Shown: positions 30,881 through 45,339, numbered from the whole stretch's first letter. The stretch is DNA of 61,449 nucleotides, filler included, from Collodictyon triciliatum (GCA_043381765.1; 6 parts of 6 records of this genome joined end to end with filler, not necessarily neighbours in it); one strand, 5' to 3'. Notes: generated by a model from the letters alone, not told the origin. A program made the numbers and translations.

Positions 30881-31678
30881 GTGTCCGTAGCTCAAGATCT
30901 CATGGAAAACACAACCCACGACCCGTCGAAGGCTTTGCAAGTTGCAGCCTATTCTTCTGGTTCCAACATTGGTGCAAAAAACCCCCGAGTTGCACGTAAG
31001 TCTAAGAAGACCCGTGCAAGGAAGCCGCCTGCAAGTCTGTCTGAGCGGACAGTATTTTTGCACAGGGTTGAGCAAGTCGTCTACAACAAGAACAAGGCCC
31101 GCAGGCTCACAGATGCGCTCGCCTCCTTCTTGAAAGCGAACAAACTTTGGGAAGAGTCTATCCAACTGCGCTTACCGGACAGCGAAGGCCTTTGCCTGAT
31201 CGCCTTCCGCACTGCAGAAAACGCCCGAAAGCCTCTGGAGATGAGGCAGGTAAGTTTGAGCGATATTATGAACAGCTTCAGCAGAAGTAAACCAACAGAG
31301 ACCTCGGTGATGCTCTAACAACTACCGCTGGACGTGTGGTCACAACTCCTTCGTGAGGAGCTGGAGCCGTTCAGACCGTCCCACGTGGAGATCAAAAAGG
31401 ACAAAGGCTTCTTCACAGACACGGCCGTGGTGAAGCTTCTTTGCCATAAGAACCAACTCCCTGCAAAGTTTACGGTCATGGGCAAAAAGTGTCCAAAGCG
31501 CATCCTCAAAGAGCGTCCACCAGCCGCGAACAACGAACGACAAGTAAAAGCCCCACAAAAGAATACACCTTCCAAGCAGACAAGCAGCAACGGGTTCAAG
31601 GAAGCCAAGGCCAGGCAACATCAGAGCCCGCAAGACTCACAGCAGATACGCGCATACAGCGACAGCGACGATGACATG
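30881..31678 (+). mobile_element. Decayed non-LTR retrotransposon ORF1 (gag-like) copy A
   Basis: Intronless and GC-richer than its surroundings, and closely similar to 41712-42449 (-). The motif TSVML*QLPLDVWSQLLREELEPF..TDTAVVKLL..LPAKFTVMGKKC resembles RRM-type LINE ORF1. In-frame TAA at 31316-31318. Ends at the contig break. Confidence 0.65.
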
Positions 31679-31778
31679 NNNNNNNNNNNNNNNNNNNNNN
31701 NNNNNNNNNNNNNNNNNNNNNNTTAATTAATTAANNNNNNNNNNNNNNNNNNNNNNNNNNNNNNNNNNNNNNNNNNNN
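31679..31778. other. Artificial contig linker
   Basis: Same 100-nt structure as 9846-9945. Confidence 0.97.
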
Positions 31779-32593
31779 AAAGGAAAGGAAAGGAAAGGAA
31801 AGGAAAGGAAAGGAAAGGAAAGGAAAGGAAAGGAAAGGAAAGGAAAGGAAAGGAAAGGAAAGGAAAGGGGGGGTCAAAAATTCTAACCAGCAGATAAGTC
31901 ATAACTTTTGGATCGCGCAGTATTATATATTCACATAATATCACAAAAAATATAAGAAAAAAAAAAACGTTATCTTGAGTATGATTCAAAAATTTAAAAA
32001 AAAAAAAAAAAAGAGCATGAAGGGAAGAAATACGGGATACATGGGAGCTCGCTTAACCTCATCAGTGGCGGTCTCAAAGTCTGCTGAGGCCAACCGACTT
32101 CTGCGAAGGCTCATGTCTGTGGATTCGTCCATGCTGAGAGGCCTGCTGGAGATCTGCAGGAAGATTCAGAGTCTAAACGCTTTTCAGGGGCTCTGTCCTT
32201 TGCGTTGCAGACAATCGTGACATGTCAACCACGTTCCTCTCTTACTGATTCATCCTCGGAATCTTCCTTTCTCTTTTTTCTATGGCGAACAAAAATTGTG
32301 TGATTATCAATTCCAGCTTTGGGAATTAAGAGAAAAAAACACTTCACACCGCGAAGGAAAGTCAGATTCTTTCGGTGGCGATAAACACAAACAGCAGAGA
32401 AGATACCCTATGGAACAATCAAGAAAAAGGAAGGAAAAAGAAAAAGAAAAAGAAAAAGAAAAAGAAAAAGAAAAAGAAAAAGAAAAAGAAAAAGAAAAAG
32501 AAAAAGAAAAAGATATCCAAGGATGAATAGCCAAACACGTATATATGTGGGCCCTTATTTTGTGACCGTGTTAGAAAACTTGTTTGGCGCCGC

Positions 32594-32883
32594 ATGGAGG
32601 ATATCGATCATATCCTGGGGAGGTTGGATCAACTGGAGAAGGCGCAGGCGCCGAAAAAGCCGCAAGGAAAAGGTGCGTTTAGTCGTGAAACAGTCAGACG
32701 TTTTCAGGCTTCTTGGTCTCTGCTATTGTTTTTGTCTGTGTCTTATAACTCTCTCTCACTCTTTCGCCACAATTCCTTTTTTATTCTAATCTGATTCATA
32801 TATTCTTGTGATCTCTCGATTACACTGCACCTCTTTACGTCATAGAATCTCTATTAGTGCTTCGGAGCGTGTCTATTTTTATT

Positions 32884-32954
<71 letters not shown>

Positions 32955-33887
32955 GCTCTGCTTTTCAACAGACACAATTGAAATCAGATATTTGCACACC
33001 TATTACTCGACAATATTTTTATCTATCCTTTTCAGCCACTTTTTGCTCTTGACTCAAAACTATAATCCTTCGGATCCAGCCAAACTCCCTCATTTGGACT
33101 TTGGTTTTGATATTGTCCTATCCGGTGATACATATCTCGCACAAGTTCCACGACTACGACCACCAATGGTTCCTGAAAAAAAAACAAGTTGTCCCGTCCT
33201 ATCTACGGTAACATACTCAGGCTGAATCTAACTTGTCTATTCTCCTACATCAACCATGTTGCTTTCTAAGCCCTAGTTCAAACTTTGTTAACATGACTTG
33301 TATCGGTTTATTTATTTTTTTTTGAAATTCTAAGGAATTAAGTAAGGAAAGAAAAAGACATTTCTTTAAAAGAAAAACTTTGAAAATAGAATCCCTTTCG
33401 TATTCCTGTTAAGTACCGTTCAGGCCTTGAAGAGGCTGTCAATGACTGCTTGTCTGTGGTATCATGTCCTTTCGTTCTGGCAACATGCTTGTCATATTAT
33501 TTTCCATCTTTTTTCATTCGCAGGTGAAATCATGTATATTTGTTCAACATCATTTTGATGCGCCATCAATATCCCTCAGTACCAGAATCACAACAAGATT
33601 GAGTATCGCATTCCTGATGTGGATATCACATTTGATGATTTAATTGAACCTTCAACGATTCACCCACACTTTGCCTTTTACCTTAACCGAGGTGTAGATA
33701 CTAACAGTCTTGTTCTGCATGAGGTGCACATTACATCCAAACTCCTTATTTTTTTATTTTGTAATTGTATCAATCGAAATGTGTGCTTTTAGTGTCCCTG
33801 GATAATGATAATGATAACGCACTTTCGATAACATAGCATCTTAAGCTAACTGAATAACTTGCTTTTCTTTTTCTTTTTTTTTTCGTG

Positions 33888-33924
<37 letters not shown>

Positions 33925-36900
33925 TTCCTAATTTGAATAATGTTTATGCGCCTATCCATTATCTCCTGCAGGCTGTAGGGTACAACCTTTTTCCTGTAGT
34001 GCGTGACGGAAACAAGTCGATGAACGCCCCATCTGGCCTGCCAAAGATGTTTTGTAGAGATGATGCAAGTTTGTTAAGAATTGTTTTAGAAAGGCAAATT
34101 TACTCATGTTACTTGCCCTTCGTAACAACCCTGATATTTCTTGAAAGGCTCAATAGGTATTTTAAACTCAGCGCTAGTACCCGAAGACGGAACAGCAGGT
34201 TTTTTTTTTTTTGTCATGGTATTTCATATACCTATTCAATAATGCATCGCGTGAGCTTATATGTTTTATGTGAAAAGTACCTTTTATGTTAAAAATAAAA
34301 ACTTTTATATTAAAGCTCTAAGCGGTGCGGATGAATTAGAACTGCTCGATTCTGGGAATGGTGCGTAAAAAGAAACCTGAATAGTTCAAGTTTCAAATTC
34401 TCTTTTTCTTTCTTTTGAAAACATAAAGATTCCACTCACAAGTGCCTCTTATTTTTCTTTTCTTTTTTTTCTTTGTAAGACCTTTTCGATAGGCCTGCTG
34501 GATTCGATCGTGGAATTCAACCACGATTTAAACAAGAAAATCGTATACTCAATAAGCCACAGGAGAGGACAGGCGTTCAAGAAAACTATGGAGGTAGCAA
34601 TATACCTTTTCATTTGATTAATTTTCCTTCATTTTGCTTAAATTTATTCATCTTTATTATCTCTTAGCCTTTTAGTGTTATACAACATCTTCTTGATTCG
34701 ATAGAAATGCTGTTGAATTAAAAGAAATATGTGACTTATAGGGCGGTCGTTGAAGTCAAAGCGTGTATTGATATCTACTAAAATGGAAATACCTGGAGCC
34801 AAGGCAATATTTAAATCCAGCTATTCACTTTCATCAAAACTCATGTCTCAGTTTCTTGACAATTCTGGTATGATAGTTGGTTTTTCACCTTTGTCAATAA
34901 CATACATACATATATTCAGACTGAGCTCACCCGCAAATTTACTGAAAGACTTTTCGATGTTTCGGAGATTGAACTAATGATTAATTCAGTCGAACCCGTA
35001 CAATTTTTTATCACTTTGATATAATTTCATTATGGGCTTCAAAAAGTTGAGAAGAATAACAGTATAATATCTAACCGCAACCCCCTTCATTTCATGTTTC
35101 ATTTGAATCAAGACGATCAAAGCCGCTCAAGGCCCAGTGGCTACATCCGAAAAAGCACCCAAAAAAAGTGGTACGTTTACTTTGTGCTTGAGAAAGGGAT
35201 GAAGCTCAATTTATGAATCCACGATCAAAGTATAATTTTTAAACCAGCCAATTTTCACTTCAATTATACAATAAAAAAAAAAAGCACCTTCTCTTCAACG
35301 CCGGTCAAGCCTTGATGAGTTGCTCGAGATCGATAACGTTTGCTTATATAAAATATCTTGCAACATTAAGAACCATCCCTCTCCTCTGAAGAACTAACCT
35401 TTTTTTTTTGTTTTTTTTTGTTTTGTTTTGTTTTGTTTTGTTTTGTTTTGTTTTGTTTTGTTTTGTTTTGTTTTGTTTTGTTTTGTTTTGTTTTGTTTTG
35501 TTTTGTTTTGTTTTTGTAATTAACAGAAACTACCTTCCGGAACGCAAGGGAATTCTCAAGCTCGGAAATATCACTATGCTATTGAGGAAAAATTGAAGTT
35601 TGAAAACATTTCTTCTGTTATTCCTGATATGGCCATGGAGGTAAATTTTTTACTTTAACTTTTGATCAGTATTTTTTCTTTTGGATTTCCAAATAAATGT
35701 GTTAGATGCGCTATTGAATGAAACCACTACGTATGTTTAGTACCCATTCAAGTTAGATGCATTCCAAGAGGAAGCCATTTATAGGGTTGAAAATCACCAG
35801 CAGTCAGTCCTCTTCTATTTTTCGAATGAATATTTTTAAATGGCATAATCAAAGAATTATGGACGCTATATGGTTGACCGTTTTTTTTTCTTTTATGCAT
35901 TTATTGGGTCGACTTTTCAAGCAACTTAATTTTTTCATCGCCATTGAAGTGTCTTTGTTGCTGCTCATACTTCGGCTGGAAAGACTGTTGTCGCGGAATA
36001 CGCCATCGCATCCGCATTGAAGCATATGACAAAGTAAGTTACATTACCTATTAAAATTTAGTTAATATGGATTCCATAAAAAGAAAATTGAGTTTTCTCA
36101 TTCACTTTGCTTTAAAAAAAAATCAAATGATAATTCATAGAGCTGTGTACACATCACCAATCAAGGCACTCTCAAATCAAAAATTCCGAGAATTCAAGGT
36201 ATTAAAGACTATAGTTATTTTTAAAAGGAAAGGTCAAGTATTTTGCTTCACAATATATCCAAATATCCCTTTTTTTTTAAAAAAAAAACCCCCTCATTAA
36301 ATTATAATTCATAGTCCACTTTTGGCGATGTGGGATTGCTGACTGGAGACGTTTCTATTAACCCCACTGCTGCGTGTCTCATTATGACAACAGAAATTTT
36401 GAGGTATGCTTTTCTTTTTCAGATATTTGGTAGACTTCATTGCTTATGGTATCATATGATAACCCTCTTGATTATTTCCTCCTTTGAAATAAGAAAGTAT
36501 AATCATAATATATTACATTCTTTTGCTTTATACAGACTTCATCTCTATAAAGGCTCTGACTTGATCCGTGATTTGGAATACGTTATTTTCGATGAAATTC
36601 ACTATGTCAATGACGCCGAGGTAATCGAGTCTGTGATTATTATTTTTTTTATTCTTCCTTTCAATTTTGTGCAGGATGGTGGAAATTTTGGCTTTAATCG
36701 TGTCTGTGATAAGAAATTATGATACAAATTTTATCATTTTATATGTACTATTTATGTATACATGTGGAATACTGATAATTATGATTATAAAGCGCGGTGT
36801 CGTTTGGGAGGAAGTTTTGATAATGCTGCCTGAACACATTACATTGGTTATGCTCTCTGCTACAGTGCCAAATGTGATGGACTTTGCTGATTGGGTTGGG

Positions 36901-39900
36901 TATGCTTATCATCGGTTACTTCTTGCGCAACATGCATCGTTTGGTGTCCTCTACGTACTACAACTTGAAAAGTGTTGTTGGTATTGCAATCATGGATGTA
37001 TTCATTAATAATTAAAATAAAATAAAAAAAATATCAAAAATCACTAACCTCTTGTAGACGATTAAACAAGAGGCAAGTCTACGTTGTTAGGTTTGCTTCA
37101 CTTTAGATAAGCATACTTCACCATTATATGTGGCAATGCACCTCTAATATAGTTATGTAAAAATGATAGCACTGCTAAGAGACCTGTCCCTCTTGACTTC
37201 TACCTGTTCTATAACAACAACTCTTACCCTATTTTCCAAACTGGGCAGAATGAAATTAACAGAAAAGGGTAATTGGAACATTCATAAACACTTAGAAACT
37301 CCATCTATTCAGATCGCTTGTGTAAGAGTACACAGAGCACCCTAAAAATATTAAACCCATTAATTCATTGATTTGCTTGAAAAATAGCTATAGCGAAGCC
37401 ATGGAAGCACACAAGGCAAAAAATGAGAAATCAAAGGGTGGACCTAAACAATTTTCTCGGCACACCGGCCCAGTAAGAATTCAACTTATAACCTAACCTT
37501 ATCACCCAACTTTCTGTTTATTCTTTGGCTTCAATTATGTTCATTTAGAGGAATCATTATTCACATTTACAATTTTGACTCAAGAACGCGGACGGGCTTT
37601 CAAAATTTGTCAACTTTTTAAAAACCAAAGAACTTCTTCCGTCAGTATGTATTGTCTCGAGCCTTTTCACAACTGACTCGTATTTTCATTTCAATTTAGA
37701 ACGTATGTGTGATCGAAAAAAAGGACTGATTTTTATAACCCTGTGAACGATACATCCAATAGGTGATTTTCGTATTTTCCAAAAAGAAGTGCGATGAATA
37801 CGCAGGACTGTTGTCAAAAACGGATTTGACTACATCATCGGAAAAGAGTCAAGTAGAAATTTTTGTTAGCTCTTGTCTTACAAAACTTCCAGGTAAAAAA
37901 AAAAAAAATTCGTGTGCGATTGTAATAATAAAAAGATAGGTTGAAAAAAAATTGCTCATTTGAAGTAGTCAAAATATTTAATTGTAAATCAGGGAGTGTA
38001 CAATACCATTTGAATTGACAATTATTTGATCGATCAGAATCCGATAGGCACCTTCCTCAAATTAAAGTAATTAAGGCGAATATGAAACGTGGCATTGGGG
38101 TTCATCACAGCGGCTTGCTTCCAATTGTTCGAGAAGTAATCTTTGTTCAAAACTTTGGCACCAATCGAAATATCATTTACAAGAGAACAGGATTTCATAG
38201 AGATACAAAATGGGGGAAAAAATAATACTTTCGCCACTTTAGATGGTGGAAATTCTTTTCAGTCGTGGAATTGTCAAAGTTCTTTTTGCAACAGAGACAT
38301 TTGCTATGGGTGTAAATATGCCGGCGAAATCGGTATCATTTATCAGCATCCGGAAACACGATGGCAAAGAGTTCAGAAATCTTCTTGCAGGTATGTATAT
38401 AATGCCAATGAAGACGAAAAGAATCACAGAATCACTCAAAAAATATTCCTCTGACAAAAGTTTGACTAAGATATTGATATATATTTTTTACATTGTTATG
38501 AACTGGTGGTTATATTTGATTCAACAGGAGAATTTATCCAAATGAGTGGGAGAGCTGGTCGCCGAGGTTTGGATCGAACAGGCACGGTACTCCTATGTTG
38601 TTGGGGTGAAATAACCGAGGTTTGTCATTTGCCTGTTTTTTGGACTATGTCAGCCAAGTCTTAAAATTGATTAATGGTGTAGATGACGGACTTGATGAGT
38701 ATAATGATAAAAGATCCCATTCCACTATCAAGCCAATTTCGTATTACTTACAACATGATTCTTAACCTTCACCGTGTTGACGACATAAAAGGTTTTGAGG
38801 GGCTTAAAATGCGTGTACCTTGCAAACATATAGCTATGGCGTGATTATATGCGCTCTTTGTTAAACTAGTCGTGAATATTCATTACTCAAATTTGCCCAA
38901 GACGAATCACTGAATGCGTAAACTTCAATTAAATTAATAGTTGAAGATATGATTCGCAAAAGTTTTTCTGAGCTACATTCTCAGAGAGGAAGCATCGACT
39001 ACAGAAGAAAACTGGAAATGGTCCCTTTTTTAACTCCAGCTTTGTATATATTGGCCTTGCTTACTTACTTTAATGGATTATTTTTTATGTGTATTAACTT
39101 ATGAAGAAAAAAGGCTGAAGCAAGACTGGGTTCGGTCGAAAAAGTCCAATGCATTATGGGCGACCCCGAGATTGACCATGTAGAGCATTTTCCTTGCTCC
39201 TTTTTATTTTTATTTATTTAATTTTGTAACCATTTTTCGTAAGATAATGATGAATTGATTCTTTTTATTTCAGTATTATGAATTATCAGCCGGTGCGCTG
39301 GCGTACGCGAAAAGCGTGAATGAGGTTTACCATAAAGCTTAATCTCCTTCAATTAATAATATATCAATGATATGATTTCGTTCGTCCTCGTTGGGTGGTG
39401 GTATTTATATATCTATCTTCTGGTTCGTTTTTAATAAAACAGGCAATCCTCGCAAACAAGTCTTCTGCGAGCCACTTGACGACGGGTAGAGTTGTAATGG
39501 TGAACACTAAGGTATTGCTTCCTTTCTTTTTCTTTTTCTTTTTCTTTTTCTTTTTCTTTTTCTTTTTCTTTTTCTTTTTCTTTTTCTTTTTCTTTTTCTT
39601 TTTCTTTTTCTTTTTCTTTTTCTTTTATTCATTAAAAATTATCTAAATTCTAAGTTCCCGCTCATCGATAATGTATTTCATATTTGAGTTTCACGTTTAG
39701 CTTTGTAATGTAGGAAATGAGAAACGGATATGCAGTACTAATGGAGTAAGTACCATGATTTAAATAGAGTGGGCTTATCTGTCATCTGAGAGAAAAGAAA
39801 GAAATACTCTTCCCATTATATATGTTTTGTTATAAACATGATATTGAAAATACAGCGGTGGACCGATAAAAGGCGGAAAGAAAATTTATCGTGCGGTTGG

Positions 39901-41492
39901 TTTCAACAAGTCCACCAGCAAACTTATTCAAGTCCCTGTAAGTGCTTCGAGTATCAAAAAAAAAAAATCTATATATTTGTCCTGGTTGATTGCAATTGAC
40001 CATCCATAACTATCGATACTCCTATTCTTTCTCTACTCCGTATATACTTGTCTTGTACTGTTCTATTTTTTAGATTAGAAACAATACCATTTACTCCTCA
40101 TGTCTTAATAGGTGGAGGATATCATGAAGATTACCACTATTTCAATAAAGGCAAGGATTCGCACATTCATAAAGAAAGAGTTAAAATATGAATGTATATG
40201 ATTTACAGCCTCTCCAAAGTGTTAGTATTTGTCGGCGACAATGATCCATTCTTTTTTTCTTGACAACTCTATTTCTCATCCAGGTTGACTCAAAGTCGAA
40301 GCCCCAAGACTTACCAACATACTATGTCGAGGAGGCTCGAAAACGTGCGGCATTGAAAGGAGATCCGTAAGTATCTAATTTTTCAGCATTCAACTAGACA
40401 AGTCAGTATCGGTGTTATTCAATTCAGTATTGCAAGGAGACACACTATTCTCGTTAAAAAATTAAAGTACACAACAGCTCACTTGGCTAGTGTAGTCATC
40501 TCTTTTTAGTATATACTCAAAAGTGACAAAAAAAAAAAGTAAACGCCCTATTCTTATAGTTTTTAATAAACATATATTGCAGGTATCCTCCTCTGAGTGC
40601 TGGAAAGGACTTGAAGATGGCAAATCTCGATTTTGTTGAGTTATACTCTAATCTTCAATCATATACCAAGAGACTGGACTCTGTTAAATGCCACAACTGC
40701 CCAATTCTGGATGAGCATGTAAGAACGTATCTACACTGTACTTTTCTGCATAGAATTGTAAAATACCTCTCCTTCTGTAATATTCTAATGACAAATTTCT
40801 CAATTGAAGTACTCAATCATTCATTTAATGAATTAGTATGAAAGTAATCGCCTGGAAAATATCTTGACCAACTATATCATTGAACACCGTTCAAAGTTGT
40901 CAGATTCGGGGCTGGGACTCATGCCAGATTATTCTGTGAAGGTGTATTCCGTTATCAAATAAAAAAACCATATATGAGAAAACGAAAATGGGCTCAAGAT
41001 ATTAGTATTTCATAGTTTGAATTTAATCTTTTGTGTATTTAAGAATTCATTTATTGCAGACTGACCCATGCACCACGTCATGGTTTTAATTTTACTTTTC
41101 TCATGCAATTCTCTGAATCATATTTTATTGCAAAAAAAAAAAAAGGTTCAAGTGCTTAAGAGACTTGGTTATATGAAAGAAGATGAGTCTCTCACATTGA
41201 AAGGGCGTGTCTCAGCCGAGGTATAAAAAATATTTTCCCATCTGACTTTCATTATTTTTTCCCTGATAATCATAACAAGATGCATTTTATTTTCTTTGAA
41301 GTGGGTTTAGACAACGTCATCTGATTTTTTCCTTCTTTTTTTTTTCCATTATTCGATTCAAAGTGACCTGAGTCTTTATAAATGACTATGATAATATACA
41401 TATAGTTTCGTTCGCCGCGATGCGAACTGATTGCTACTGAACTCATATTTCGTAATGTGCTCATCAACCTGACACCTGCAGAGGTTGTCGCG
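32594..41492 (+). CDS. SKI2: SKI2 RNA helicase (3'-partial, very intron-rich)
   Basis: [103 protein letters not shown] and LKGRV. The N-terminal PAGFDRG motif and the [10 protein letters not shown] variant favour SKI2 over MTR4. Confidence 0.95.
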
Positions 41493-41611
41493 AGTCTCGA
41501 TATGTTCTTTAATTCTCTTTTCTCTTTTTCTCTTTTTCTCTTTTTCTCTTTTTCTCTTTTTCTCTTTTTCTCTTTTTCTCTTTTTCTCTTTTTCTCTTTT
41601 TCTCTTTTTCT

Positions 41612-41711
41612 NNNNNNNNNNNNNNNNNNNNNNNNNNNNNNNNNNNNNNNNNNNNTTAATTAATTAANNNNNNNNNNNNNNNNNNNNNNNNNNNNNNNNN
41701 NNNNNNNNNNN
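41612..41711. other. Artificial contig linker
   Basis: Same 100-nt structure as 9846-9945. Confidence 0.97.
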
Positions 41712-42449
41712 CGTCGCTGTCGCTGTACGCGCGTATCTGCTGTGAGTCTTGCGGGCTCAGTTGTTGCCTGGCCTTGGCTTCCTTGACCCCGTTGCTGCTT
41801 GTCTGCTTGGTGGGTGTATTCTTTTGCGGGGCTTTTACTTGTCGTTCGTTGTTCGCGGCTGGCGGACGCTTTTTGAGGATGCACTTTGGACACTTTTTGC
41901 CCATGACCATAAACTTTGCAGGGAGCCGGTTCATGTGGCAAAGAAGCTTCACCACGGCCGTGTCTGTGAAGAAGCCTTTGTCCTTTTTGATGTCTACGTG
42001 GGTCAGTCTGAACGGCTTCAGCTCCTCACGAAGGAGTTGCGGCCATACGTCCAGTGGTAGTTGGTAGATCATCACTGAGGTCTCTGTTGTTTTACTTCTG
42101 CTGAAACTGTTCATAATGTCGCTCAAACTTACCTGCTTCAGCTCCAGAAGCTTTCGGGCGTTTCCTGCAGTGGGGAAGGCTATGAGTCAAAGGCCTTCGC
42201 TATCCGGTAAGCGCAATTGGATGAACTCTTCCCAAAGTTTGTTCACTTTCAAGAAGAAGGCGAGCACATATGTAAGCCTGCGGGCCTTGTTCTTGTTATA
42301 GACAACTCGCTCGACCCCGTGCAAAAATACTGTCCGATCAGACAGACTTGCAGGCGGCTTCCTTGCACGGGTCTTCCTAGACTTACGTGCAACTCGTGGT
42401 TTTCCGCACCATTGTTGGAACCAGAAGAATGGCTGCAACTTGCAAAGCC
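41712..42449 (-). mobile_element. Decayed non-LTR retrotransposon ORF1 copy B
   Basis: Aligns to about 30930-31670. It has an in-frame TGA at 42187-42189 where copy A has TGC, and TAC where copy A has its TAA. Confidence 0.65.
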
Positions 42450-43220
42450 TCCAACAAAAGTGTTTCCATCAGGCGCGGCATCTGTATTAATCAAGATAAA
42501 AACATAATAAAATCTTTTAGAATTAGCTTGTAAGAGAAATTTATGCGCCCGCTGGTAAATACGTTTTCTACGGATTTGATTTCTCGACATGAAACTGTAG
42601 AAAAGGAAACCCATGAAACCACGCGTAAATAAGACAAGAAGGGCGGGTTGTGATGTCAAATAAATACGAGCTCTGCGACATAAAAAAACAAGAGTAAAAA
42701 AAGAATCAAAAGTGATTAGCGAAGAAGCAAAACATATATGACGTGTTTTTAGGGACTATAAAGCAGAGGCAGAGTCAAAGAAATTTTTTGCTTTATTGTT
42801 ATTTGCCCAGTCGCTTTACACACAAAGATTTATAATACAAAAAAGTAGAAAGTATAAAAAAAAAAGGTACGTGTTTCCAGAAGCTCTAGACTTATGAACA
42901 TAAAAGAATTGTGTACAATCGGCCATGGTGCAGCACACGACTGAATAAACGCCACAGAATGCTACCTATCACCGGACACATACCATAAGACATATTGTTG
43001 TTCTGTATATACGCCACTAGATGAGATGGCATTGCACACAACCCATATTCATTCATTCATATTTTTTTTTTCATGTGCCACGGTCAATAGAAAACAAGAT
43101 ATTATATGGTCGGCATCAAATACAGAGCGAATCATTACTTTTTTTGTTATGATATGGTTTGAATTTATTTTGTTTGGCAGTGTTTTTTTGGCTGCGTTAT
43201 GCTGTTTCACCAATAAGGAG

Positions 43221-43918
43221 CTATGTATAGGCACACGCGCGGCAAAAGCTGGCAAAGTCTCCCAACAATGCACACTTTGCAGCAACGGTGATGAAACCAT
43301 TGAGTACACATTTGTGCAATGTCCCTTCGCTCAAAACCTGCGCGAAACAGCCGGCGAGATTGTTCGACTGACACTCAAGACGGCTGCGGCTGTTGGTCCA
43401 ATCCAGGCGATATTTGGGCCTCTTCAACAGCTGCGTCCAGATGCGAAAACATTCTGGGCAGTGACGCGAGGTCATTTGCTATGGACTATGTGGATAGCGC
43501 GCATATACTCACGCAAAGCAAGACTCAACAACCAGCCACCCATTCCTGATAATAGGCTGGATGACATCATACAAATCTCTTTCCTCAATAGCTTTCTTCG
43601 CCACCTGCGCGTTCTCTACTATTCAGACCCTGTGAGAAGAGAAATGTGGAAAGAAGCCGAGAAAGATATTAAACCTCGCCATGTATTTCTCATGCAAACA
43701 CAAGACCCAGGCTACAGGCCAAACCGCAGGATGCAATTCCTGATTACCGACTACTTCTCCGCCACCCGGCCAACAAGTAGCGTCCATATAAACAAAGGCT
43801 AGCGAACCAAAGCCAAAACGTCCATCATCTGCACAAAATGGGAAGGAAGAATTGTAATGGTGTAAATGTTGCATGATTTTCATGTGGGGCAAGTTTTGGT
43901 TATACTAGTAAAAAAAAA
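43221..43918 (+). mobile_element. 5'-truncated LINE (L1/Tx1-like) ORF2 C-terminus with zf-RVT-like motif
   Basis: CTLCSNGDETIEYTFVQCPFAQ (degenerate CxxC..ET..H...C) followed by LWTMWIAR. Stop at 43800-43802, a short 3' UTR and an A-run at about 43910-43918. Confidence 0.75.
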
Positions 43919-44142
43919 TAGAACAAATATTTTTGAACCGAGTGAGCTTTATAACACTTGAAAATAAGCAGGCGGATGAAAAAATTTCCATCGAACAGAG
44001 TGCTCCAAAGTTCAGGAGAAAAAATGAACCTTATACAAGGTAGTGATGTTTATTTAGAAGTGTGAATGTGAATACAATCATCATTATTCAGCTTCTGAAT
44101 GGTTTCTGTTGTAAAATGTGATGCAAACAGTGGGGGGTATAT

Positions 44143-45304
44143 CTAAGACTTTGACAGGGCTGCAAAGAAGGCTTTCAAAACTTCACTTTCCACCACTGTT
44201 TGCCTGGTGAAATGAGCTTCTGCCAAAGCCGCCATTTCGTGTTTTGGAATCTGGGGCTTGGTTTGAATATGATAGCGCCTGTGGTATCGACGCAGGCAGT
44301 TTGAATCTAGCTTGTTAAAGTCTACTACAGACGTTCCCGCCTGGCACATATTGGTCTTTGGATTCAGGGAGAGCAGCTCGGATGAAGCTGCAAGGCGATG
44401 CAACACAAGGGGTGAAACACGCTGTGCTTGCGTACTCGACATGCTCGAAGCAGCTGTTTGTCTAGGAAGAGAAATAATGTTGGACTTTTTGAGAGTTCTT
44501 TTCCTGGCAGCTGCGCCATTTGTTGGTGTCTGAGTAGGGATGTTTGATATTCGCGTCGATGCGATTGTATGGTGTGACGCTTGATGGTGGCGTTGATGAG
44601 ATTTCATAGGGTTTGCAGCTGCATTCGGCCCAGGGACGGTGCAAGACGAGTTCTTGATGATAATCTATAGTGGGGTGGATGATTTGAGATGATCAAGGAA
44701 ATAGAAATTCTTTGAGAAAGGCCACACAGACATGTTTTCAATAACCATTATTTTTAACTTATTTTTTTACATATGACTTAGTAAACGAGTTGATGATATG
44801 GCTGGTTTTTCGTCGACTTTTTTGACCTTTCCGCTCGGGACAGACGGCTGAGATGGATGGTCTTTTGGAGTACCACGACAGGAGGGGCATTTGTATGGAT
44901 TCACGGCAGTTGGGTCGGTGAGGCCGCCGTGGAGTGTTTCGCAGAGAACGTGAGTCCAGCGACGACACTTGTCGTCGTCGCAGCAAATCCATTCCTTTGG
45001 TAAATCAATGATAAAATCAATCAATCAATCAATCTATCAATCAATCTATAAGCGAGTCGATTTTTTCATTTTCATTTTCATTTTCTTTTCTTCTTCTTCT
45101 TCTTCTTTTCTTTTCTTTTTTCTTTCCTTTTCTTTTCTTTCCTTTTCTTTTCTTTTCTTTTCTTTTCTTTTTTCTTTTCTTTTTTCTTTTCTTTTTCTTT
45201 TCTTTTTCTTTTCTTTTTTCTTTTCTTTTTTCTTTTCTTTTTTCTTTTCTTTTTTCTTTTCTTTTTTCTTTTCTTTTTTCTTTTCTTTTTTCTTTTCTTT
45301 TTTC

Positions 45305-45339
<35 letters not shown>

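Noticed and set aside
30881-42449. Inverted repeats flanking SKI2 as a composite transposon
   Set aside because: The two copies lie on different pieces separated from SKI2 by artificial linkers, so their orientation and spacing are arbitrary.
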